64,000 bases of DNA from Coriobacteriaceae bacterium (GTDB lineage: Bacteria > Actinomycetota > Coriobacteriia > Coriobacteriales > Atopobiaceae), in contig SFGZ01000004.1 of NCBI GenBank assembly GCA_004557505.1, positions 23,866 to 87,865 of the forward strand, written 5' to 3'. Positions 9,291-18,538 of this stretch are shown here, in pieces; position 1 is the stretch's first letter; each line of letters opens with the position of its first letter. Below the pieces are notes generated by a model, which did no database searches, was not told where the DNA came from, and worked only from the letters and a program-made list of their open reading frames with translations. The position numbers and the translations under genes are program-made.

Positions 9291-9326
9291 GCCGAACGCC
9301 CCGGCACATCGCGTGGGGCGTTCGGC
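9291..9326 (+). other. Perfect 12-bp GC-rich hairpin upstream of fprA
   Basis: GCCGAACGCCCC (9291-9302), a 12-nt loop, then GGGGCGTTCGGC (9315-9326). There is no T-tract. The function is unknown (attenuator or terminator of the upstream gene?). Confidence 0.35.
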
Positions 9327-9394
9327 GTGGACGTGGCAGCCGGGCGGCAAGGCGCGGCCCGCGCCGCCCGGAAGAGGGCGAAGGGAGACCGGCG

Positions 9395-10600
9395 ATGTAC
9401 AACGTGCGCATGATTGGTGAGGATACCTGGTGGCTTGGTGCGTCAGACCGTAGGATTCAGCTGTTCGAGAACACCTATCCCGTTCCCAGCGGCATGTCCT
9501 ACAACAACTACCTCATCCTCGACGAGAAGACCTGCCTGCTCGACGGCGTGGACGAGGCGGTCTCGCGTCAGTTCGGGGAGAACCTTTCCCACGTCCTCGA
9601 TGGTCGCAGCCTGGATTACCTGGTGATTGACCATATGGAGCCAGATCACTGCGCCGTTATCCCCGACCTTATCCGCACGTGGCCCAACCTCAAGCTCGTG
9701 GGCACCTCCAAGACCTTCGAGCTCGTCCGCCAGTTCCACGGGTTTGATCCCGAGCCCTACGCCATCAAGGTCAAGGAGGGCGACACCCTCTCCCTTGGCC
9801 GTCACACGCTTCAGTTTGTCCTAGCGCCCATGGTTCACTGGCCCGAGGTCATGGTGAGCTATGACCAGCTTACGGGCACGCTCTTCTCGGCAGACGCCTT
9901 TGGCGCGTTTGGTGCCACCGGTGGCGCCATCTTTGCCGACGAGGTCGACTGGGAGCGCGCCTGGGCGGACGAGGCGCGCCGCTATTACACGAACATCGTG
10001 GGCAAGTACGGCCTGCAGGTGACGTCGCTGCTCAAGAAGGCCGCCACGCTGGACATCAAGGAGATCGCGCCGCTGCACGCGCACGTCTGGCGTCGCGACT
10101 TCGACCAGATTCTCTCCCGCTACCAGAAGTGGGCCGCCTACGAGCCCGAGGACAAGTCCGTCGCCATCTTCTACGGCTCCATCTATGGCGGTACCGCCAA
10201 CGCCGCGGACATCCTCTCGACCAAGCTCGCCGAGGCGGGCGTGCATGACGTTCGCGTCTACGACGTCTCCAAGACTCCCGTCTCCGAGATGGTCTCCCAG
10301 TCCTTCCGCTCGCCGGTGCTGGTATTTGCCTCCGCCACGTATAACATGGGGATCTTCGACGGCATGCGCGAGCTTCTCGAAGACCTCAACGCCCACGCGA
10401 TGAAGAACCGCAGCGTTGGCGTCATCTACAACGGCTCGTGGGCGCCTCAGGCGGGCTCGCTCATGCTCGACGCCATCCAGCGCATGAAGGGCATGGAGGT
10501 CCTGTCTCCCGAGGCGCATGTGACCTCCTCGGTGGATGAGGGCGCTCTCGGGCAGATCGACGCCCTCGCCGCTGCCATCGTGGCGAAGCTCGGGGAGTAG
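9395..10600 (+). CDS. fprA: FprA-family A-type flavodiiron protein (metallo-beta-lactamase plus flavodoxin domains)
   Basis: N-terminus YNNYLILDEKTCLLDG and the di-iron motif DHMEPDH. The C-terminal flavodoxin-like part is SVAIFYGSIYGGTANAAD. Confidence 0.85.
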   Translation: MYNVRMIGEDTWWLGASDRRIQLFENTYPVPSGMSYNNYLILDEKTCLLDGVDEAVSRQFGENLSHVLDGRSLDYLVIDHMEPDHCAVIPDLIRTWPNLKLVGTSKTFELVRQFHGFDPEPYAIKVKEGDTLSLGRHTLQFVLAPMVHWPEVMVSYDQLTGTLFSADAFGAFGATGGAIFADEVDWERAWADEARRYYTNIVGKYGLQVTSLLKKAATLDIKEIAPLHAHVWRRDFDQILSRYQKWAAYEPEDKSVAIFYGSIYGGTANAADILSTKLAEAGVHDVRVYDVSKTPVSEMVSQSFRSPVLVFASATYNMGIFDGMRELLEDLNAHAMKNRSVGVIYNGSWAPQAGSLMLDAIQRMKGMEVLSPEAHVTSSVDEGALGQIDALAAAIVAKLGE

Positions 10601-10639
10601 GGAAGACGCCGCTGCCAACCGATGCTCGACGGATTTTCT

Positions 10640-10678
10640 CAGCCCGTGGCGCTGGTGCGTCGCGGGCTGTTTTGCTTT
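10640..10678 (+). terminator. Rho-independent terminator after fprA
   Basis: CAGCCCGTG / CGCGGGCTG stem (one G:U) followed by TTTTGCTTT. Confidence 0.5.
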
Positions 10679-10844
10679 CTCGGCATCCTTCTTGCTACGT
10701 GCTCTAAATTTACCTTCCCATTGCTTGGCTACCCAAAATCACGAGCCTAACATCAATACTGTCAACTTTTCTTCAGACATTTGATGCCGTCCCAAGGCGC
10801 GCTCACCACCTACCTGAGCCACCTGGATGGTGGGAAGGGCGATC

Positions 10845-13800
10845 ATGGCACGCACACACGGGACACCCAAGCACATGAAGCAGCAGCTCGACAGGGGCTC
10901 GTTCCGTGCATTCAATGGCGCGCGCGTTGCGGTAACCGCAGGCGTGCTTGCCGCGTCGGTGGGCGTGACCCCAGCGCTTGCCGAGGAGACTACCGCCAAT
11001 GGCGTCGCAACAGAAGAGCCCCCGCCGTTCAGATGTCCTCTGCCAAGACTCCTGCGGAGCAGCGGTCCCAGGCCGAGAAGGACGTGGCCAACGCCCAGGA
11101 CAAGGTCGAGAAGGCCCAGCAGGCGGTCTCTGATGCCAAGGCATCGCAGAAGCAGGAGCAGGACTCCGTCTCGGAGGGCCTGACTAACGTTAAGGACGAC
11201 TCTCCACAGAAGGCGCAGGATGCCCAGAAGGCTGCGGACGATGCCGCCAAGGCCGCAGCTGACAACAAGTCTGCCGCAACCGACGCCCAGAAGGCCGCTG
11301 CCGACGCAGACGCGCAGGCATAGGACGCCGAGAAGGCCGCCGGCGACGCTGCCGCAACCAATCCCTCTGACGAGGAGCTTTCCGGCAAGCAGTCCGCTGC
11401 CGACACGGCCAAGTCTAACCTGGACAAGGCGCAGGCCAGCAAGGATGCTGCCGACAAGGCGGCCAGCCAGGGCCAGAAGGCGGCCGATTATGCCAAGGCA
11501 GCAAAGGATGCTGCAGACCAGGCCGTCAAGAACGACCAGGCTGCCGTCTCCAACGCCGAGGCGGAGCAGAAGGCTGTCAATAGCGCCCAAGCCGGCGCTC
11601 CGTCGCAGTCCGACGTCGACGCCCTTGCCGGCGAGGCGAGCGATGCCCAGAAGGCGCAGGCCAATGCCGGTGACACTGCCGCTGCCAAGGACGCCGAGAA
11701 GAACGCGGCCGAGACGGCGCAGAAGTCCGCTCACGACAACGCGGACAAGCTCGCTGCCGAGCATGCCACGGATGCTGCAAACGAGAAGGACGCCAAGTCT
11801 GCCTACGATGAGGCACAGGGCAAGTCTGCCACATCCGAGCAGGCCGTAAAGGACGCCCAGGCAAAGAAAGACGCGGCTCAGGAGGTGCTTGACAAGGCCA
11901 CCGACCCCAACGTCAAGTCCAACCTCGACAACGCCCAGAAGGCGGAGGATGCGGCCAAGTCTGCCGCCGACGCTGCGAAGGCGTCTGAGGACGCCGCCCA
12001 AAAGGTCGTGGACAACGCAAGCAAGGCGCTCTCCGATGCCCAGAAGGCAGCTGTCGACGCGCAGGCCAAGGTCGATGCCGCTGCCAAGGCGCTCTCTAGC
12101 GCCAATGCAACCAAGGCCGAGAAGGACCAGGCTGTCACCGATGCCCAGACTGCCGTTACGGCAGCGGAGCAGGCCGTGAAGGACGCCCAGGCCGCATACG
12201 ACAAGCTGCCCGAGGACAAGAAGGCGCTCACTGCCGTCGAGTTTCTCGACAAGTACTCCGCCGGCACGTATACACAGCGCAAGCAGGAGGCCATCGAGAA
12301 GTACGGTTCGCAGTTTGGCGCGGATGTCGTGGATGGCAAGACGGCTGCCTACGACATGATTTCTCGCTCGCTCGACCTCATCGACGAGCTCAACAAGATC
12401 AGGAATGCCTATGGTCTCTCGACCCTCAAGGTCTCCGGCAAGCTCATGGCTGACCAGGCCGTCGAGGCAGATCTTAATGACGGGACCAATGGCCGCGCAG
12501 GTCATTCAGCTGTTTCGAAGGCAGCCGGACGCAACCTTGCCTGGGGTTCCTACGACCCCTACGGCACTCCCGTCAATGGGGACCTTACCAAGTGGCAGTT
12601 AGACGGGTGGATGGGGGAGCAGAACCTCTGGTACGAGGCCAAGGCAAAGGTGCCTAATGGCGGCTCGTTTACTTTCGAGGGCAAAAGCTACGCTCTGCCT
12701 TCCAACTGGCAGTCTCTGAGCACGTACGATCTCTCAATTTATTGCAATAAAAACACCAAACAAGGCGATGCGAACTTCTATCAGGGAGTTGGCCACTACC
12801 TCAACATCATTGAGAAGGATGTCAATTTTGGGGTCGCAGGCATTGGCACAAGCCCAACCTCCTACCTTGGAGGAAATACCCATGCGCTCGGTATGGGGTA
12901 TTACGACTCGCAGTATTACAGTAAGAGCATGTCCAACGCCGATGACACCATCTGCTCCGTTGACGAGTACCGCGCGCTGATGAACGAGGCCAAGCGCTCG
13001 ACGCACGACAAGGCCGACGCCCTCGCCAAGCTCAACGAGTCCAAGGATGCGCTGGCTAACCTCAAGGCGGCGCTCGCGACTGCCCAGACCGAGGCCAAGG
13101 ACGCCGCGGATGCTGTCACCAAGGCGACATTTGCAAAGCAGGCTGCAGACGGCGAGAAGGACGCTGCAGACGCAGTGGTAACGGCTGCCCAGAGCGACCT
13201 CTCGGCTGCCAAGGACAAGCTCGCCTCTGCGCAGAAGGACTACTCCGCCAAGCAGGCGGCCTACGAGAGCGCCGCAGCCAACACCGCCCAGGCCCAGAAG
13301 GCCTACGATGCGGCTACCAGCGGTCTCCAGCAGGCCAAGGATGACCTTGCCACCGCTGGCGCTCAGCGGAGCCGTTTCCGCGCACGACGCCGACGTTGCT
13401 GCCGAGAAGGACGCCAAGGCGGCGTACGAGAAGGCAAAGGCTGCTGCTGGCGCATCCGCCTCGCGACTGTCAGACGCAAATGCTGCGCTCGCAAAGGCCA
13501 AGACGGACGCGGCTACCGCGCAGGATGCCTCAGACAAGGCCAACGCTGCATACGAGGTAGCCAAGGCCAACTACAACGAGAAGCTCCAGGCCTATAACGC
13601 AGCCAAGTCGCGCCGTGACGCTGCGGTCGACCGGGTCCAGAAGGCAAACGACGCGCTCGCGGCCGCTCAGACGAAGCTCCAAGACGACACGAAGGCTGCC
13701 CAGGCGGCAGCCGGTGCCTATTCCGATGCGGCTTCTCGTGCCGACGATTCCACCAAGAAGGCATCCGACGCCGGCGCTGCCCTCGACAAGGCAGCTGCTG

Positions 13801-14480
13801 CATACAACGAGGCAAAGTCCGCTTACGACAGCGCGCAGGCGTTCCGTGACGCGTATGACAGCGCGCAGGAGAAGGCGGGCGCGCTTCGCAAGAAGGCCAA
13901 CCAGCTTGCGGGCGATGCCGACAAACTGGACGCCGCTCAGTCGGGCCTTGATAACGCCGCCGCAGCTGCCGCGGCCCGGGCAAAGGTTCTTGCCGCTCTC
14001 GCCGATAGGCTTGCTGCGCTGCCTGCGGCGGATGCCGTTCTCGCCGATCCTTCGGTACTCGACCCAGACATTGCGGACATGCGTGGCTACCAGAGCGACC
14101 TCGACGAGGTCAAGACGCTTGCCGGCGAGTATGCCGATGACCTCGAGGCGGTCAAGGCCCACGCGACCAAAGCGAACGAACTACAGACGACCGTCGATGA
14201 TGCACAGGCTGGTCTCGTTGAGGCCCAGAAGGAGCTTGATGCGGCTAACGGACGGTTGCAGGATGCCCAGATGGCGGTTGCTATTGAGCAGGCCATGACG
14301 CAGCCGTCGGGGGAGACCAGTCCGGTTGGAGCATATGTGCCCAAGCACTTTGCTTCGGCGAATGCGTCTGTGCCCAAGACTTCGGATGCGAACGATGGCA
14401 CGCTTCCCGTGGCGTTGGGGATCTCGGGCCTTGCTGTTCTCGGCGTGGTCACGCGTCGTCGCCGTCGCTACCAGGAGTAG
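10845..14480 (+). pseudogene. Wall-anchored coiled-coil surface protein with a central CAP/SCP-like domain, disrupted by 2 frameshifts and 1 in-frame TAG
   Basis: Three pieces read as one gene.
(i) The frame of 10827..11183 gives a Sec signal peptide (MKQQLDRGSFRAFNGARVAVTAGVLAASVGVTPALA/EE) and loses sense after a C5 run at 11019-11023.
(ii) The frame of 10781..11323 takes over (AVQMSSAKTPAEQRSQAEKDVANAQ...) and hits TAG at 11321-11323. It stays stop-free with identical Ala/Lys/Asp/Gln-rich composition for 187 more codons into ORF 11885..13597. That ORF holds a CAP-like domain (IRNAYGLSTLKVSGKLMADQA...GHS...GVGHYLNII).
(iii) Near 13367 the sensible frame switches to that of 13308..14480. It ends in VPKTSD, a hydrophobic stretch and RRRRR, which is a sortase-type sorting signal. 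Confidence 0.6.
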
Positions 14481-14528
14481 TTGGCAGCAGGAACGGCCAG
14501 TGGGGTAGCTGTCATTTTGGTTTGGGGA

Positions 14529-14564
14529 GCAGGTCGGATGTTTCGATCCGGCCTGCTTTTTTGT
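14529..14564 (+). terminator. Rho-independent terminator after the surface-protein gene
   Basis: GCAGGTCGGA / TCCGGCCTGC stem (one G:U), an 8-nt loop, then TTTTTTGTT. Confidence 0.6.
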
Positions 14565-14597
14565 TGCTTTACTGAATGAGAAGTTCGCAATCTAATG

Positions 14598-15233
14598 CTA
14601 AATACCAAGTATGCGAATTCGCTCGCGTATGGCTTCCTCGGCTTCTTCACAGAGTTGCTCATAGGTAGCTGTTGGGGTCGTTGCGGTCTCGCGGCCGCGC
14701 CCAGGATGAAGGATGTCCCAGCGAGAAATCTTGCCAGCAATTCGTCCTTTCCCAGGTGCGTGGTTGCCAAACCCCGGAACAATGGAGTTCCAAATGGGAA
14801 CGTAACGTGCAATAAGGGCAGACTCAGTTAGCGGGACCCAAACAGCATTGAGTACAAGCATGCGGCACTGAAACTCTGAGACCTTTATATTAGTTGCAGC
14901 TTCAATGGACTTGCGATGGTCGTTTGCTACACGGTCAAAAAGCCTTGTACCAGCCTGTGGAGTGTCAACTACGCTCGGGTTGAGCTCGTTGCCAGTGAGG
15001 GTCTTGGGGCCCGCTTTGCCAATGTAGATCGGAAGCGTTCCCGGATTTGCGAAGTTGATATCTGACATCTCGGCATAGGCGGGAAAATCTCCGCAGTAGA
15101 AGAGGGCATAAACTCCGTCACCATAGAACTTGTCGACATCTGCGAGCGGCATGAGCTCAGAAGTCATAAGTTCGCGAGCCAATGTTTCGGAAAGCGATGC
15201 GTAGTCCAGCGGGTTATATGTGCGTGGCTTCAT
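14598..15233 (-). CDS. Eco29kI-family (GIY-YIG) type II restriction endonuclease
   Basis: GVYALFY, LPIYIGKAG, VPGFGNHAPGKGR and SRWDILHPGR fit the block pattern I recall for Eco29kI-family enzymes. It overlaps the upstream m5C methyltransferase gene by 20 nt. G+C is low (a spot line gave about 42%). Confidence 0.75.
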   Translation of the reverse strand: MKPRTYNPLDYASLSETLARELMTSELMPLADVDKFYGDGVYALFYCGDFPAYAEMSDINFANPGTLPIYIGKAGPKTLTGNELNPSVVDTPQAGTRLFDRVANDHRKSIEAATNIKVSEFQCRMLVLNAVWVPLTESALIARYVPIWNSIVPGFGNHAPGKGRIAGKISRWDILHPGRGRETATTPTATYEQLCEEAEEAIRERIRILGI

Positions 15234-16317
15234 ACGTCCCCTCCCTAGTCAGTGTGTTCATAAGGGCAGAAGCCATTTCTTTTCTAGCCGTGTCCTCGCG
15301 CAGAGCACATGCGATTGAGGAGGCAACTATACGAGCGAGTTCTACCGGTACGGCGTTGCCTATCTGCCGCATTCCCTCGCTCCATGCACCGGTGAACTCA
15401 TAGCCATCCGGAAAGGTCTGGATTCGAGCTGCTTCGCGGACGGTAAGGTAGCGTAACGAACCATCTGGATAACGAATTGTATTCTCCCCGCCGGGAACTC
15501 CATGGACGCCCGCTTTAATAGTTTTGCTCGGCTTGTCGAGGACTGAACCAGTATGGCCAGGATAGGATCGCGCTTGGCCTCCTCGCTGTTCGTTATTCAG
15601 ATTCGGAACCCTACTAATAGCCTCGCCGAGGGTAACCCATGGAAGTAGCCCGACCCCATGCGTTGGTTGGGGAAAGGCCCACGAGGCTTCAACGTCGGAG
15701 CGAAATCCAACAATGATGACACGATTGCGGTGCTGAGGTACGCCATAGCTTGCGGCATCCACAACGGTTGGGATGACTTCGTAGCGTACGGCCTCGTGGT
15801 CCGCGCTTGTATGGGTGCGGGAAAGCCTGATGGCATGCTGCTCCCAGGTCTCGCACTCACGTTTTGTCAGAGAAGGATGCTGAAGGCGAAGGAGGATGTA
15901 CTCATAGTATTGATGAAACGATTCCCGGGTGAGTCCTTTTACGTTCTCGCAGATAAACGCGCGCGGTTTGAGGAGAGCAAGAACAGAGGTGAATGCCGGG
16001 AACATATCGCGGCAATCGCTCACTCCCTTTGAAAGTCCCCCGAGAGAAAATGGTTGGCAGGGAGGCCCTCCGGCAAGCAAATCGATATCACGGGGAAGAA
16101 ACGACCAATCAACGGAGCGCACATCTCCCTCTATGACGCGCATGCCTGAATCAATGAGCGGATAGTTTTTCTTTTGATTTAGTCTTAATGTGTTGCAGCA
16201 GTTATGTTCCCACTCGGCGACAGCAAGATGCCGGAAACCGGCAAGCGAAGTCCCGAGAAGTAGACCGCCGGCACCAGCAAAGAGTTCTACTGCCGTAAGG
16301 TTCCCTTCGGCGTCCAT
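15214..16317 (-). CDS. dcm: DNA (cytosine-5)-methyltransferase
   Basis: m5C-MTase motifs: I ELFAGAGG, IV GGPPCQPFS, VI ENVKGL, VIII QHRNRVIIVG, X GNAVPVELA. Confidence 0.93.
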   Translation of the reverse strand: MDAEGNLTAVELFAGAGGLLLGTSLAGFRHLAVAEWEHNCCNTLRLNQKKNYPLIDSGMRVIEGDVRSVDWSFLPRDIDLLAGGPPCQPFSLGGLSKGVSDCRDMFPAFTSVLALLKPRAFICENVKGLTRESFHQYYEYILLRLQHPSLTKRECETWEQHAIRLSRTHTSADHEAVRYEVIPTVVDAASYGVPQHRNRVIIVGFRSDVEASWAFPQPTHGVGLLPWVTLGEAISRVPNLNNEQRGGQARSYPGHTGSVLDKPSKTIKAGVHGVPGGENTIRYPDGSLRYLTVREAARIQTFPDGYEFTGAWSEGMRQIGNAVPVELARIVASSIACALREDTARKEMASALMNTLTREGTYEATHI

Positions 16318-16589
16318 TCTCTACCGCCTCTCACGCTTGGCACACCATTTGAGTCTAACTATTCTGCCCCAAACCCTTGTAATCGAGGTGCGGAATATCT
16401 GCCGACAGAGTTTCTGGTCATGCACAGGTTTATTGATTGGGAGCGGCGTGCATGAGATTCAGATTGAATTTGATTGCCGGAAAACTAACTCCGTTAGTGC
16501 TCCATATGGATGCGGCGCAAGTCCGCTCGGCACTTGGATTGCATACGAAAGCAGGCCAGAGCAACTAGTGCCCTGACCTGCGCATTCAC

Positions 16590-16665
16590 TGGTGGCGGGG
16601 AAGGGAGTCGAACCCCTGACACGGGGATTTTCAGTCCCCTGCTCTACCAACTGAGCTACCCAGCC
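16590..16665 (-). tRNA. tRNA-Phe (anticodon GAA)
   Basis: The reverse complement folds as a 76-nt cloverleaf: GGCTGGG-TA-GCTC AGTTGGTA GAGC-A-GGGGA CTGAAAA TCCCC-GTGTC-AGGGG TTCGACT CCCTT-CCCCGCC-A-CCA. CCA is encoded. There is one U4:C69 mismatch in the acceptor stem. Confidence 0.92.
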
Positions 16666-16691
16666 AAAGGCTTGCTCTTGCAAGCTCGTTT

Positions 16692-16719
16692 ACTATACCA
16701 AACGTCGCGAAAACGTCAA
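16692..16719 (-). promoter_or_regulatory. Sigma-70-type promoter for tRNA-Phe
   Basis: The minus strand reads TTGACG - 16 nt - TATAGT, about 27 nt upstream of the mature tRNA 5' end. Confidence 0.5.
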
Positions 16720-16781
16720 CGACAATCTTTGCGATGCCGAGAAAACCAAAACCACTGTCAGCTTCCAACGCGCAGATTTCA

Positions 16782-16901
16782 GACGTTTAGACATTTCTCG
16801 GACGTTTAAGCCCCTTTAAACGTCTGAAAACAGCGGAGCCACCATCCGGCCGCGGAATTACGACGTTTAACCGCCCCTAACCGTCTAAAACCAGCGGAGC
16901 C
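16782..16901. repeat. Cluster of GACGTTTA(A/G) hairpin modules (two ~40-nt units at 16801-16840 and 16862-16901, plus a half unit at 16782)
   Basis: Unit 1 is GACGTTTAAGCCCCTTTAAACGTCTGAAAACAGCGGAGCC. Unit 2 is GACGTTTAACCGCCCCTAACCGTCTAAAACCAGCGGAGCC. The period is 61 bp. Each unit has an internal inverted repeat (GACGTTTAA...TTAAACGTC). Confidence 0.7.
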
Positions 16902-16981
16902 GTGCCGTGGCACCGCCAAGCGCCGCGCCGACGCCGCCCGGAAGCGACACCCCTGCGGACGCCCCGCGTCGCCGTCCGTCC

Positions 16982-17236
16982 CTACGCCAGGCGGAAGGAC
17001 TTCCCGTCCTCGTCGAACGCCACGGGCTTCGACCTCCCAGCAAAGTACGAGCTCACGACCTCGCGCGCCGCTGCCAGCACGGCGGCATCGTCCTTCTCGG
17101 CCACCGCCTCGCGGCTCACCTCCACCCACAGCGACTGCCCGCCGCATGCGTCGCGCAGTCGCACGCGCGCCGGAATCCCCGCGCTGACCAGAGCCTCGTT
17201 GACATCGGCAATCTCAAGGATGTTGACGACCCTCAT
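16982..17236 (-). CDS. Hypothetical small protein (84 aa)
   Basis: ATG 17236 overlaps the ogg stop (ATGA), trimmed from ORF 16982..17344. No motif was recognised. Confidence 0.5.
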   Translation of the reverse strand: MRVVNILEIADVNEALVSAGIPARVRLRDACGGQSLWVEVSREAVAEKDDAAVLAAAREVVSSYFAGRSKPVAFDEDGKSFRLA

Positions 17237-18021
17237 TTCCCACGTCCCTTCTCGCGCATCCACGCGAAGACAAATTGCTGCTGGATTCCGCCCCAACGCG
17301 CGTCCCACGCCACGTGGTGCTCGCGCTCCGCCCGTTTGATCCACGTGTCATGCGGCACCGCCTCGAGATATCCCAGACCAAAGAGGCAGATGCAGCTTGC
17401 CACCTTGGGGCCAATGCCGGGACTCTCCTCAAGCTCTGTCATGGACTCCTCAAGCGAGACGTCCCACCGGTCGATCCGCGCGGGATGCCACGCCTGCGCC
17501 CGCGCCGCAAGCGCCTCGAGGTAGGGCCTGCGATACCCCAGCCTCAGCCCCGTGGCAAACGCCTCGTCGCCGAGAAGCGCCGCCAGCTGGCCTGGCTCTG
17601 GCAGGCATCCCCCGCCCGCATCGAGCAGTGCGTCCATCGTCCGCTGGATGCGCACGATGTTGGAGTTCTGCGACACCACGAAGCTCACGGCCGTGTCCCA
17701 CCAGTCCTGCGCGAGCACCCGTATCCCAGCGCCCACCTCTGCGACCTCGGCAGGCATGGCAAGCTCGCCGAGGATCTTCCCATAGTCCACATCCAAGGCC
17801 AGGTAGTGGCACCAAAAGGCAAGCTCGTCGCCATCGGGGTCGCCCCCGTCGGCGCGCCGCACGCAGACCGTGCCCCGCTCGGCGTCGCCCTCCTGCGAGA
17901 CCAGGCAGCGCCGGCGGCCGCAGGCCACGAGCCAGCCGCCCCGGGCTCTCCGCCACGTGAAGACCTGCCCTGACGCGGCGATGGCGTCAAGCGAGAATAG
18001 CGTTGTCTCGATGGTCGCCAT
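17233..18021 (-). CDS. ogg: 8-oxoguanine DNA glycosylase / AP lyase (HhH-GPD family)
   Basis: Helix-hairpin-helix ESPGIGPKVASCICLFGLG followed by AVPHDTW. The length and layout fit bacterial Ogg-type enzymes. Confidence 0.72.
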   Translation of the reverse strand: MATIETTLFSLDAIAASGQVFTWRRARGGWLVACGRRRCLVSQEGDAERGTVCVRRADGGDPDGDELAFWCHYLALDVDYGKILGELAMPAEVAEVGAGIRVLAQDWWDTAVSFVVSQNSNIVRIQRTMDALLDAGGGCLPEPGQLAALLGDEAFATGLRLGYRRPYLEALAARAQAWHPARIDRWDVSLEESMTELEESPGIGPKVASCICLFGLGYLEAVPHDTWIKRAEREHHVAWDARWGGIQQQFVFAWMREKGRGK

Positions 18022-18029
18022 GGAGACGC

Positions 18030-18392
18030 CTAGAAGCGCACGGAGAACTCGGCCTCGCCCGGCACGGGCGGGATGTCCTCCTTGGCGTCGATGGTGTAGC
18101 TGATGGGGAAGTGCCGGTAGCTCTCGAGCAGGCGTGTGAAGAACGTGGAGACGGCCTCGCCCGGCCCCTGGAGCTCCATGCTCACCGAGCCGTCGGGCTC
18201 GTTTCTCACCCAGCCGCTAAGCCCGAGGTCAAAGGCCACGCGCTGGCTGGTCCACCTAAAGCCCACCCCCTGCACCTGGCCAACGAACCGCACGCGGACG
18301 CGCCGCGCGTCGCCGCCTACCGCGCCGCCGTTGCTGCTCCCGTCGGCCGCCGGGGCGCTGCCGTGCCCACCCCTGCTTCTTCTCGCGAACAT
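18030..18392 (-). CDS. acyP: Acylphosphatase
   Basis: VRFVGQVQGVGFRWTSQRVAFDLGLSGWVRNEPDGSV is the acylphosphatase signature. The start was trimmed to ATG 18392. Confidence 0.8.
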   Translation of the reverse strand: MFARRSRGGHGSAPAADGSSNGGAVGGDARRVRVRFVGQVQGVGFRWTSQRVAFDLGLSGWVRNEPDGSVSMELQGPGEAVSTFFTRLLESYRHFPISYTIDAKEDIPPVPGEAEFSVRF

Positions 18393-18538
18393 GGCGTCTC
18401 CCTCGTATGCCTGCCCATCCCTCCCGCGCAACCGCCTGCGAGCCCTCGGTTTATCGTGGTTGTTGCCTGTGCAAACGCCCCCATGCGCGGGTACGCTTAC
18501 AATACTACCCGGATAACAAGGGCGATCGAGGAGACCAC

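Noticed and set aside
11321-11323. In-frame TAG read as pyrrolysine or programmed read-through
   Set aside because: No pyl genes or recoding signals are visible in the window. The same gene has two additional frameshifts, so simple disruption or a sequencing error is more economical. A search of the full genome for pylSBCD would settle it.
10739-12505. 588-aa minus-strand ORF rich in Leu/Gly/Arg/Val
   Set aside because: It is the mirror image of the Ala/Lys/Asp/Gln coiled-coil coding frame on the plus strand. It has no start context or motifs.
14481-14597. Direct repeat of the tRNA-Phe 3' end (att site) at the far border of the R-M island
   Set aside because: The only structured sequence there is an ordinary terminator hairpin unrelated to the tRNA. 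I saw no copy of GGTTCGACTCCCTTCCCCGCCACCA or its complement.
16801-16901. Possible mini CRISPR array (repeat units 61 bp apart)
   Set aside because: There are only two imperfect units plus a half unit. The units themselves are hairpins of about 80% identity. There are no cas genes and no leader.
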